In this document: positions 12,780-24,564 of the stretch, in pieces
Numbering within the stretch: position 1 is the stretch's first letter
Layout: each line of letters opens with the position of its first letter
DNA from: Squalus acanthias
Lineage: Eukaryota
Reading direction: 5' to 3'
DNA length: 64,000 nt
Assembly (NCBI GenBank): GCA_030390025.1
Contig: CM059432.1
Location: 127,536,001-127,600,000, forward strand
Translations under genes and position numbers: made by a program
The notes under the pieces: model-generated
Seen by the model: the letters and a program-made list of their open reading frames with translations, nothing else
What the model was told of the DNA's origin: nothing
Databases searched by the model: none

Positions 12780-14187
12780 ATGACGAGTTATTCTTTCACA
12801 AGGAGTATTGTGTCAAATATATTTCTTAAATTCTCTTACATTTCCTCTGAAAAATGTTCTACTTTCTTTGTCTCTCTAACATTATATATTGTGTCTGCAT
12901 GAAGCACCTAAAATTTACCACAGTTTTATGCTCCCCTATACCTATAGAGTTTCTTCTCTGCTGTACCCCTACTGTTCCCCTCTCAATGCAATTGACATCC
13001 TTGTATGTGTTTGTACTGATTAAAAAAAGGTCGGCATAATGGGTTTCATCAAGATGGTTTTCTTTCATTCATACTGAGGATTCAGCACAATTTTAATCTG
13101 TTTTAAAGTCTTTGCTGTATCTGCTTTTTTTTGTTATTAACTTTCAGGACTGGAGGGCAATGAGGTTGGGTGGGGGAGATTGTCACCGTGACATCAAAGC
13201 TGCCACTCTGATTGATATGCCTCTTCTTTGGAGAATAACGCCACAGCTCATTGATGATAGAAGTTGCATCTGCGGAGATGAATACACAGTCCCTTAGCTT
13301 CAGAGAAGATTACTGCATTCTGGCCGTGTCCTTTTATAAAAAACAAACCACACTGTTGTCCTTGAGGTGTGGTATTTTTCAGTGATGATATTGGTTGAAA
13401 ATATTGAACAATTTTCACTGAAAGAACATGTGTGTTTTAAAACTCAATTTATTACAAAGCACCTTCTTTCAAGCTGACATGTGAGACAGCTCTCAGCACA
13501 GAAAATCCCTCCTTTCAGTCATTTTGTTTCCACTTTTACTCCATAACTCTATTATTGCTCATTCTTACCCTTTTATCGAGTCTTTTTTCTAATCTAATCG
13601 TGCGATTTTGACATTTCTTCTCACTGCTGTTTAGTTGTCACCTCTAGCTTCGCACAGTGACCTGCATTATTCTCCAGTCCTGACATTTAATAACAAAAGA
13701 AGCAAATAAATCAATGACCGAAAAACAAATAATTGTGTTGAATCTTCAGCATACGTGAAGGGACACCATCAATTAAACTCTTTGGCTGACCATTTTCCAT
13801 TTGTTGCAAACGCACAATGATGTAAATTGCATTGAAAAGTAAAATGATTTCACTTGCGTGTGACAAAAATGACCCATGGGTCTTCAATTTTTCTACTTGT
13901 CCAATAAAAATAGGGTAATCTAACACTTTCATCTGAAGATTTTTCCTCCTTAAAGCTATTTCATTTTATGAAAGCATACAGTGCAGATTCGCCAGGATAA
14001 GAAACTATAGGCACGAGGAGTGTTGAGATACTGGGACTGTTTCCACCGGAGCAAGGAAGGCCAAGAGGAGATTTAATAGAGGTTTGTAAAATTATGAAGG
14101 GTTTTGATAACGTGAATAGAGAAAGACTATTTCCTCTGGTTGGGGAGTCAAGAGGAAATAGGGGACAAGGGGGACAAAAATTTAACA

Positions 14188-17100
14188 GTTAGTGAGAAAG
14201 GATCTTGGCTCGCAAGATCACGAAGTAGAATCAGTATGGGTGGAAATAAGAAATAACAAGGGGCAGAAAATACTGATAGTAGTTTATAGGCCCCTTAACA
14301 GTGGCTGTACCATTGGACAGAGTATTAATCAACAAATAATACGAGCTTGTAACAAAGGTAATGTAATTATTGTGGGGACTTTTATTTTCATATAGACTCA
14401 GCAAATCAAATTGGCAAAGGTAGTCTGGAGGACGAGTTCATGGAATGCATTCGAGATAGTTTCCTAGAACAATACATCATGGAACCAACCAGGGAACAAG
14501 CTATTTTAGATCTTGTATTGTGTAATGAGACAGGGTTAATTCGCAATCACACAGTAAAGGATCCGCTGGGGAAGAGTGATCATAATATGATAGAATTTCA
14601 CATTGAGTTTGAGAGTGAGATACTTCAATCTGAAACCAGAGTCTTAAACTTAAATAAAGCCAATTACATAGGTATGAGGGATGAGTTGGCTAAGGTAGAT
14701 TGGGAAATTAGATTAAAAGATATGACAGTGGATAAGCAGTGGCAAACATTTAAAGAAATATTCCAAAATTCTCCACAAATATACATTCCATTAAGAAATA
14801 AAAACTCCATGGGAAAAGTAATCCATCTGTGGCTAACTAAAGAAGTTAAGGATAGTATTAGATTAAAAGAAGAGGCTTATAATGTTGCGAAGAATAATAG
14901 TAAGCCTGAGGATTGGGAAAGCTTTAGAAACCAACAAAGGATGACCAAAAAATTGATGATAAGGGAAAAAATAGCATATGAGAGTAAACTAGCAAGAAAT
15001 ATATAAACACATTGTAAGAGCTTCTACAAGTATGTAAAAAGGAAGATAGTAGCAAAGGTAAGTGTCCCTCAGAGGCTGAGACATGAGAAATTATATTGGG
15101 GAATAAGGAAATGGCAGAGACTTTAAACAAATATTTTGTATCTGTCTTCACAGTAGAAGACACAAAAAGCATACCAAAAATAGTGGGGAACCAAGGGGCT
15201 AATGAGAGTGAGGAACTTAAAGTAAATAAGATCAGTACAGAAAAAGTACTTGAGAAACTAATAGGACTAAAAGCTAACAAATCCCCTGGACCTGATGGCC
15301 TATATCCTAGGGTTCTAAAAGAGGCAGCTGGAGAGATAGTGGATGTATTGGTTGTGAACTTCCAAAATTCCCCAGATTCTAGAATGTTCCTAGCGGATTG
15401 GAAGGTAACAAGTGTAATCCCGCTATTCAAGAAAGGAGGGAGAGAGAAAACAGGGAACTACAGGCCAGTTCGCCTGACATCCTTCTGAAGGCCTTCTTTG
15501 ACCTCACAAAGGCCTTCGAAACCGTCAACCGTGAGGGATTATGGAGTGTCCTCCTCAAATTCGGCTGCCCTCAAAAGTTTGTCACCATCCTCCGCCTGCT
15601 TCATGATGACATGCAAGCCGTGATCCTGACCAACGGATCCACCACAGACCCAATTCACGTATGGACCGGGGTCAGGCAAGGCTGTGTCATCGCACCAACG
15701 CTCGTCTCGATCTTCCTGGCTACAAAGCTCCATCTCACCCTCAGTAAGCTCCCCGCTGGAGTGGAGCTAATCTACAGAACAAACTGGAAACTGTTCAACC
15801 TCCGTCGCCTCCAGTCCAGATCCTAGGTCGTCCCATCCTCTGTCATCGAATTACAGGATGCAGACGACACTTGCATTTGCGCACACTCTGAGGCCGAACT
15901 CCAAACCATCGCCAACACCTTCACCGAAGCATACGAGAGCATAGGCCTTACACTAAACATCCGTAAGACAAAGGTCCTCTACCAACCTGCCCCTGCCACA
16001 CAGTACTGCTCCCCGATTATCAAAATCCATGACGAGGCCTTGGACAACGTGGACCACTTTCTATACCTCGGGAGCCTACTGTCAACAAGGGCAGACGTTG
16101 ATGACGAAGTCCAACACCGCCTTCAGTGTGCCAGTGCAGCCTTCGGTTGCCTGAGGAAGAGAGTGTTTGAAGACCAGGACCTCAAACCCAGCACCAAGCT
16201 CATGGCCTACAGAGCAGTAGTGATACCCACCCTCCTGTATGCTTCCGAGACATGGACCATGTACAGCAGGCACCTCAAAGCACTGGAGCGGTACCACCAA
16301 TGGCAGGATAGGCGCACCAACATCAGTGTTCTCGCTCAGGCCAACATCCCCAGCATCGAAGCTTTGACCACGCTCGATCAGCTCCGATGGACGGACCACA
16401 TCGTCCGCATGCCCGATACGAGACTCCCAAAACAAGCACTCTACTCGGAGCTCTGACAAGGCAAGAGAGCCCCAGGTGGGAAGAGGAAACGCTTCAAGGA
16501 CACCCTCAAAGCCTCCTTGAAAAAATGCAACATCCCCACCGACACCTGGGAATCCCTGGCCCAAGACCGCACAAAGTGGAGGAGAAGCATCCGGGAAGGC
16601 GCCGAACACCTCGAGTCTCTTCGCCGGGAGCAAGCAGAAGCCAAGCGGAAGGAGCGCACGTCAACCCAAGCACCCCACCCACCCGCCCCTTCAACCACCG
16701 TCTGCCCCACCTGTGACAGAGACTGTAGGTCCCGCATTGGACTCATCAGTCACCTGAGAACTCATTTTTAGTGTGGAAGCAAGTCATCCTCGGTTCCGAG
16801 AGACTGCCTAAGAGAGAGTCGTCAGGAAAATGCTGGAATCCATTATTAAAGAAGTTGTAACAGGGCACTTAGAAAATTATAATATGATTAGGCAGAGTCA
16901 ACACGGTTTTATGAAAAGGAAATCATGTTGAACAAATTTATTAGAGATTTTTGAGGATGAAACTAGCAGGGTAGATAAAGGGGAAATAGTGGATGCAATA
17001 TATTTGGATTTTCAAAAGGCATTTGATAAGGTTGTTGCACAAAATAGGGGCTCATGGGGTTGGGGATGATATATTAGCATGGATAGAGGATTGATTAATG

Positions 17101-18149
17101 GACCAAAAACAGAGAGTAGCGATTCACAGGTCATTTTCCAGTTGGCAGGCTGTAACTAGTGAGGTGCCGCAAGGATCAGTGCTTGGGCCTCAGCTATTTA
17201 CAATCTGTATTAATGACTTAGATGAAGGGACTGAGCGCAATGTGTCCAAGATGCAAAGCTATGTGGGAAAGTAAGCTGTGAGGAGGACACAAAGAGCCTG
17301 CAAAGGGATATAGACAGATTAAGTGAGTGGGCAATAAGGTGGCAGATGGAGTATAATGTGGGAAAATGTGAGTTTATTCACTTTGGTACGAAGAATAGAA
17401 AAACAGAATATTTTTTAAATGGTGAGAAACTCTCAAATGTTGGTGTTCAGAGAGATTTAAGTGTCCTCATACAGGAAACAAAGAGTTAGCATGCAGGTAC
17501 AGCAAGCAATGAGGAAGGCAAATGGCATGATGGCCTTTATTGCAAGAGGGTTGGAGTACAAGAGTAAGGAAGTCTTGCTACAATTGTAGAGGGCTTTAGT
17601 GAGACCACACCTGGAGTACTGCGCACAGTTTTGATCTCCTTATCTGAGGAAGGATATACTTGCCTTAGAGACGGTGCAACGAAGGTTAACTCGATTGATT
17701 CCTGGGATGAGAGGGTTGTCCTATGAGGAGAGATTGAGTAGATTGGGCCTATACTCTGGAGTTTAGAAGAATGAGAGGTGATCTCATTGAAACATATACG
17801 ATTCTGAGGGGATTAACAGGGTAGATGCTGAGAGGTTGTTTACCCTGGCTGGAGAGTCTAGAACTAGGGGGCATAGTCTCAGGAGAAGGGATCGACCATT
17901 TAAGACTGAGATGAGGAGGAATTTCTTCACTCAGAGGGTTGTGAATCTTTGGAATCTTTGGAATTCTCTACCCCAAAGGGCTGTGGATGCTGAGAAAGTT
18001 AGATTTTTGGACTCTAGGGGAATCAAGGGATATGGAGATTGGGTGGGAAAGTGGAGTTGAGATCAAAGATCAGCCATGATCTTATTAAATGGCAGAGCAG
18101 GCTCGAGGGGCCACATGGCCTACTCCTGCTCTTAATTCTTATGTTCTTA
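14188..18149 (+). mobile_element. CR1-clade LINE (family B), 5'-truncated, interrupted by an RTE
   Basis: Endonuclease and RT remnants colinear with the copy at 57060-60089. Ends in a ttcttatgttctta tail. Confidence 0.92.
15482..16817 (+). mobile_element. RTE-clade LINE, 5'-truncated, nested in CR1
   Basis: FFDLTKAFETVNR, GVRQGCVIAP and CPTCDRDCRSRIGLISHLRTH. Same family as 828-1564. Confidence 0.92.
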
Positions 18150-18573
18150 AATTTGTAATTTCGAGAACATGGAGCAAGGTAAGGAGAAATTTATTTACAC
18201 AGAGAGTTGATGGAGACGGAATGCTTTGCTATGGTGAATAGTTGAGGCAGAGACCATCACATCTTTCAAGGGAAACTCTGGTAAATATTTGATGGGGCAG
18301 AGGGCTAAGCTCTGGGGAGAGAGAAGGTCTGTGGGATTAGTTCTTGATTCCTTTAACAAAGAGCCAGCATAGACACGATGGGCTAAATAGCCTCCTTCTG
18401 TGCTGTAAACTTCTATGATTTTATTGGTCATGTTCTATACCTGCAATATGGATCAACCAAAGAACAGCTCCATCACAAGAGAATATCCATCCACAAAGGA
18501 ACTTCAATTAAATAGGAAGGGCAAACACCTTCACCGTTAATCATAGAATTAACTCCACATTCTGAGAGTCATA

Positions 18574-19468
18574 GGGGGAAAAATTTGGTTGCTTTGCACC
18601 TCCCGTTAGTGCCCTAAGAGGGCGCTAATGGGGCGCAAAGCAACTAGCGCCCGGGCGCGGCGATGTTTGCGTCGCTCGCGATATTGACCAGAACTTTTGC
18701 AGCGGCGCTAAACACTACCGCCATGATCTCCTGCGCCCGCAGATCGTGACGTCAGTCGAGCGTGCAACACCCCGGTAGCCCCCCCAAACCGGATATTGAG
18801 TGGCGCCCCCTGCCTTACCGCCTGCCGCTAGCAACGACAGGTTGAGGGGAGCGTTTTGCAGTCAGGAAGGGACTGGGGGAGCGCTATTTAAAGGCGACCG
18901 CTTCCTACCTTTTTTTGTCTGCGACATTTTTGCACCACGCATTCTGAGAGAGAGAGAGAGACTTCTGGAGAGATTCAACGCTGTGTGAAGGAGTTTTGGG
19001 TACTGAGCAGCACTTTGCAGGTTCATTTTGATTTGACCTTCCTTGCATCGATTTAGAAGAGACTACAGGGGGCTGCACTCTGAGCTCTTTCCCTGGGCCT
19101 CTCCATTGTTCTTTCCAGCAGATTTGATGTACAGGTCTCTCCAGGCCGAGATTCAAGGCTGCAATGAGCAGGGTGTGGATGGAGAGCAAGATCGACCCTC
19201 CCCTTTAAGAACTGGCCGGCGCCAGTGTGTCTGTATTCCATTGCTGACTGACATCACATGAGCTTCGCCAGTGCTCTGAGGTAGCGCCTCGCTCCTCGGC
19301 GTTAGCGCCTTAAGAGAGGTGTGTAGCGCCTGATTTAGCGCTCCAATCACCTCCAGGGGTGATAGAAGCCGAGTTTGCAGTCGGAGGCGATAATTAGCGC
19401 CAGGCGCTAAACTTTGCGCCCGGCCGATAATTGCACCCCAAACGGGGCGATACCGAATTTCCCTCCCC
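18574..19468. mobile_element. Non-autonomous Harbinger derivative
   Basis: Imperfect TIR gggggaaaaatttggt / accgaatttccctcccc. The right end is homologous to the terminus of the Harbinger at 60630. Confidence 0.75.
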
Positions 19469-19474
19469 AAAGAG

Positions 19475-19810
19475 ACATAACGGCACAGAAGGAGGCCATT
19501 CGGCCCATCGGAGCAATCCAGTCAGTCCCATTCCCCCGCTCTATCCCCGTAGACCTGCAAGTTTATTTCCCTGAAGTGCCTATCCAGTCTCCCCTTGAAA
19601 ACATTGAGTGTCTCCGTTTCCACCACTTCCGTCGGCAGCGAGTTCCAGGTCCTCACCACTCGCTGCGTAAAAAGGTTTTTCCTCACATTCTCCCTGTATC
19701 TCTTGCCCAAAACCTTAAATCTGTGTCCCCTAGTCCTTGTACCATCAACTAGTGGGAACATCCTTTCACCGTCTAGCCTATTCAAAGCTGTCATAATCTT
19801 GTACACCTCA
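19475..19810 (-). mobile_element. CR1 3' fragment
   Basis: RTRGHRFK...FTQRVVRTWNSLP CR1 ORF2 C-terminus. Confidence 0.85.
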
Positions 19811-21621
19811 AGAAAGTGATTAAGAAATATAAATAGGGAATTGAGGAATTTGGATTGTTTTACGGCTGCCAAATCTTTTGACGTACACACACTGCCATAA
19901 CACTGGAGACAAGAACATTCTGAAATGACAGATAATGCAAACTAACTCTTATTCAATATATTTCATGCAATTACTGATTGCAGTTGAGGATTATAGCAGT
20001 AATGATCTGAAAGTTAAAAGAGTGAGACTTGGATTGAGACTTTATAGGGTATTTGAAGTCACTTCTGCAACCTGAGGGACAATAGTTTAGTTTCCAGTCT
20101 GAGAACAGTGCTATTTTAGTATACTTCTGGCATGTTATTATTTTTAATGAGATATGATTTCACCCAGTTTATATGAGCTATAGCTTGTAATGTCAGCAAA
20201 CAGCAGGCTTTTGTCTGTCGCCCTCTAACATTTTGTGTGCGTCACCTGAATGGAATTTTGTTAGTTTATAATGGGGCCGAATTTCTCGGCCATTCCGGTG
20301 GACTCCCCTCCACAACTTTGGCAATAGTCCATCGGAACAACCGTAAGCTCCACCAGGACCCGGATATGGCTTTACGTGGTGGTTTCAGTGAGCCTCAAAA
20401 GGGACGGAATCTCTGTCCACCCCTTCCAAAGGCAACCACAACAGAAGGGGCAGGACTGAGGGTGGGTTTCCCCTCGGTTTTGTGAAGTCCCATGTCCCTG
20501 GCATTGCAGGGGCCTGGTGTAAAGTTGAGGCATGCTGGGTGGAAGTGGGCCAAACTGGGAATGGAAGATTTTTTTTTTAAATTATGTAACTGTGGCCCGC
20601 TTCAAAGCTGGGGATGATTTTCAGTGTTTCTGGCGCAGGGCGGCCCAACCTACATTGGGCTAGATTCCATTGGGCTAGAAAGGTTAGGTTTCCTGGCAGC
20701 TTGAGCAAGCAGGGACCTGAGATGCAGCCCTCGTGCCAAGGGTGCCTGGCAGCCCCATGCTAATTAGGTGTCCTCCCTGACCCTGTGTACTCCAGCAGGG
20801 TCAGCACTAGGGGGCACTGACAGACACGATCCCGCATAAGTGGCCGAATCACAACCCATGTAAATTCGGGATAATCATCCCTTATAAAGTTAAACACAGC
20901 ATTTCTGACTCAACATGAACCAGCAGAAATAAAATCAGAATGGTTGCCATGATAATTTGGAATGTTAATTAATAAACAAAGAGGAGATTGCTATTTACAA
21001 TCCCAAGCATTTAACACCATGGTGATAAAATGATTTCACTATGAGAGCTAAATAGTCAGACATCATCCCATTCAATGCACTTTGCAGGGGTCTTAGCTAA
21101 AAACAAACATTTTTGTACCTCGAGCTTCCATACCAAAGAAGAGGCATACCAGTCAGAGTGTTAGCCTTGATGTCATGGTGTCCCAAACCTCCCCCATCCA
21201 ACCTCACAGCCTTAACAGGAGAAGGTCTTGTCGCGGTCTCCTCTTCCTCCAGATCACTGCAGTGCCTTCCCTACTGAAGGCCTTAGGCTCGGCCAATGCG
21301 TTCACTGGACCATTTCTTAGAGTCTTCAGCGTCCTGTGGCCCCATTATATCTTCTTTGGGCCTCGTCTGGTGGCACAGCAGTGATCCCATTGCACTGGAA
21401 AGCTCATTATGCTGAGAGAAATTCTGCTGAGCCCACCATGAATAGATAATGACCCCAACCCAGGAAACTGGGCCTGAGTCATGGAAGGGCTGGACGGTGG
21501 GCAGAAGTCCCATCCTGACCCTGTAGGGGCAGCTTCAAGAAAACCCACCTTACGGTATTTGAAAAGAGATGTGGTGGACGGATTTTCATTCTATTAAATA
21601 TCTTCTCTTGTTTCTTTATAG

Positions 21622-21802
21622 ACGCCAGGCATCCAAAGCACTCTGTTAGCCAGACTAGAAGTTTCCATGTGGTTTGGAAGAGCTAAGAACATCAGAAAGT
21701 GTCTGAATAGCTTGCCAGCTGGATACAGGCTTGTAGGTGAAGTTGTGTCAGACAGCGGGACCAAAACTAGAAACAAACTACCTACCTGTCTAATTAGTGA
21801 AG
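21622..21802 (+). CDS. Ferlin exon, FerB C-terminal part (TPGIQSTLLARLEVSMWFGRAKNIRKCLNSLPAGY...LPTCLISE)
   Basis: Strong acceptor tttctttatag, donor GTAAAT, open frame of 181 nt. The phase-1 end joins the next exon in frame. AxLExxxWxG and LPxG motifs. Confidence 0.85.
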
Positions 21803-21839
21803 GTAAATATGCAATCAAATGAATAAATAGTTGGGCATG

Positions 21840-21972
21840 GTTACCTACGTTCCTGCTTCTGATTGCAATCCAGTGACTCCCTATCAAAAACTGTGCATGT
21901 GTGAATGTCGGATGAGAACAGGCCTTGTCGGTGATGCCCTACTTGTCGAAAGACTGGCAACACCCACCTCAG
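21840..21972. repeat. Interspersed repeat fragment (SINE-like); second copy at 25470-25605
   Basis: Both share gttcctgcttctg...tccagtgactc...gtcggatgagaacag...ccttgtcggtgatgccctac. Confidence 0.55.
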
Positions 21973-22068
21973 GTATTTATACAGCAGCATAAAAGCAAGA
22001 ACAAAACTGAAGCAGTTTAGAGTTACCATCTGAGCCCAAGGTGAGTCTTGAAGTCACTCACACACAAC

Positions 22069-22828
22069 GGTCTGGAATTTCCCATGCGTAATAACGGCAA
22101 ACTGTCAGCGTCGCCGTCATTACCCCTCTGAAACTGATCACAACTTCAGGATGTAGTGCATGCGCATCTAAACGCGAAAATCCTGAAGTTGCGGTCAGTC
22201 ATTCACTGCTCCAACACAGGCTGTGCTGTACCCACTCCCCCCCCCCACCCCCAAAGCCGGCAATCACTGAAATCAGTGAAACTGACGGAAACTTGGGTTT
22301 TTCCGCGGTAATATCGCTGTTAAATACCCCATTGAATGTTAAGCCTTGTTGCAATAGGTGTAACTGGGATTTTAGCAATGTATTGACTGCTAAACACACA
22401 TTATGGCCTGAAAAGCTAATTTTTATATTTGTGGAGTGTCAAATTTTTCCATTATGCTAAAAATTACAATTTTTAAAAACTTTTTAAAACTTTTTTTTAA
22501 AGTTTGTTCATGATATTTCAGCTTCCACCTTATCCCCATGTGAAAGATCCAATCTTTATTTCTCTCTCTGTAACATTTTTTAAAAAGTCGGGATAAAAAC
22601 AGCTTCTCATTTCCTGGTTTGCCGTCTGTGAGAATTCTGCAATGTAATTGGCTGCTTAGACAGCTTGTTGACGTCACCGCAGCATCGCACGAGAAATCCC
22701 CATGACCGAGCACTGCAATCAACTGAACGTCGAAAAAGGCAAACTTCTTGACACAGAGATGTGGGCAGCTTTCTTCATGGCCAACGGCGAGAGCCTTTGC
22801 TTCGCCGCTGACCGCAAATTATGGGCCA
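22069..22828. mobile_element. Probable non-autonomous DNA transposon
   Basis: CpG-rich ends with degenerate TIR (ggtctggaattt / aaattatgggcc) and an AT-rich core, like the MITE at 8300. Confidence 0.5.
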
Positions 22829-23348
22829 TTAGTTTTATTATATATTGATCATGGGGTGGTTTGATTCTGATTGGAGTTTTATTTTTGCCAGTAGTTGATG
22901 TTATGCCACATGTTGAAGACCAGCCTGTTCCATATAGTTGATGCTGCAGGACACCTAAACTGAAGCAATAATCGGGTGATAATCCACAGGTGATTTACTG
23001 GTAAATAATGCCATCAGGATATATATTGCTGGGGCAGAAGACCCTTCTTCACTAGTCTTAGCAAAAACTAGAGATGAATAAAAAGTTGTAAACTGTTACT
23101 TTTTATTCAAGACATTTTTTTTTCCATTTAAGAATAGTAAAAGTAGGTGTTTCAGCCCCATCGCTTTTTAATCAAATTACTTATTTGACATCTGCTACTT
23201 CGGAAGCAAATGAAGTTTCCTTCATAGAACCTGCCATCGATGCTGTGCCAATAGATGTCATGATGTGGAGATGCCGACGTTGGACTGGGGTGGACAAAAA
23301 TCAGAAGTCGCACAACACCAGGTTATAGTCCAACAGATTTATTTAATT

Positions 23349-23387
23349 TTACAAGCTTTCGGAGCTGTTCGCTCCTTCTTCAGGTAA
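23349..23387 (-). ncRNA. Minimal type-I hammerhead ribozyme motif (mirror copy)
   Basis: Exact reverse complement of 24526-24564. Confidence 0.8.
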
Positions 23388-24525
23388 GGTAGCTGTGAGA
23401 GAATCTCCCAGAATTCACAATATAAACACAGAAAAAATCTATTCAAATCTTTCCCTACATCAAAGACACACTAAGAGCACAGCCAAGACAATGAGATGTG
23501 TCCCAGGGGGTCCAACGTGTCAAAACACCTGCTGGCTGCATATCCTCTCCATTTGTTGTGTTTAAAACAAAACCTGGAAAGACCGGCCATGATGTCAAGT
23601 CACGTTCTGTATCGTGACATGAACCCAATATCGCGATTGAGGCCATCCTCATGAGTGCGGAACTTGGCTATCAGTTTCTGCTCTATGATTTTGCGCTGTC
23701 GTGTATCCCGAAGGCCGCCTTGGAGAACGCTTACCCGCAGATCCGAGGCTGAATGCCCCTGACTGCTGAAGTGTTCCCCGACTGGGAGGCAACCCTCCTG
23801 CCTGCCGATTGTTGCGCGGTGTCCGTTCATACGTTGTCTCAGTGTCTGCATGGTCTCGCCGATGTACCATGCTCTGGAGCATCCTTTACTGCAACGTATC
23901 AGATAGACAACGTTGGCCGAATCATGGACACAGATACCATCATCACACGTGAGGACATTACCCACCAGGTACATGGTACATACTCATGTGACTCGGCCAA
24001 CGTTGTCTACCTGATACGTTGCAGTAAAGGATGCTCCAGAGCATGGTACATCGGCGAGACCATGCAGACACTGAGACAACGTATGAACGGACACCGCGCA
24101 ACAATCGCCAGGCAGGAGGGTTGCCTCCCAGTCGGGGAACACTTCAGCAGTCAGGGGCATTCAGCCTCGGATCTGCGGGTAAGCGTTCTCCAAGGCGGCC
24201 TTCGGGATACACGACAGCGCAAAATCATAGAGCAGAAACTGATAGCCAAGTTCCGCACTCATGAGGATGGCCTCAATCGCGATATTGGGTTCATGTCACG
24301 ATACAGAACGTGACTTGACATCATGGCCGGTCTTTCCAGGTTTTGTTTTAAACACAACAAATGGAGAGGATATGCAGCCAGCAGGTGTTTTGACACGTTG
24401 GACCCCCTGGGACACATCTCATTGTCTTGGCTGTGCTCTTAGTGTGTCTTTGATGTAGGGAAAGATTTGAATAGATTTTTTCTGTGTTTATATTGTGAAT
24501 TCTGGGCGATTCTCTCACAGCTACC

Positions 24526-24564
24526 TTACCTGAAGAAGGAGCGAACAGCTCCGAAAGCTTGTAA
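24526..24564 (+). ncRNA. Minimal type-I hammerhead ribozyme motif
   Basis: TTAC-CTGAAGA-A-GGAGC(GAACA)GCTCC-GAAA-GCTT-GTAA: core boxes, stem II, stem I TTAC/GTAA and palindromic AAGCTT in place of stem III. Confidence 0.8.

Larger units (their letters stand above)
14000..18420 (+). mobile_element. Old CR1 3' fragment (about 14000-14187 and 18150-18420) split by a younger CR1
   Basis: Degenerate CR1 ORF2 C-terminal sequence resumes after the younger element's tail. Confidence 0.6.

Noticed and set aside
13149..13367. Exon-like segment (tttcag ... gag|gtgtgg)
   Set aside because: Stops in all three frames and no ferlin similarity that I could recognise.
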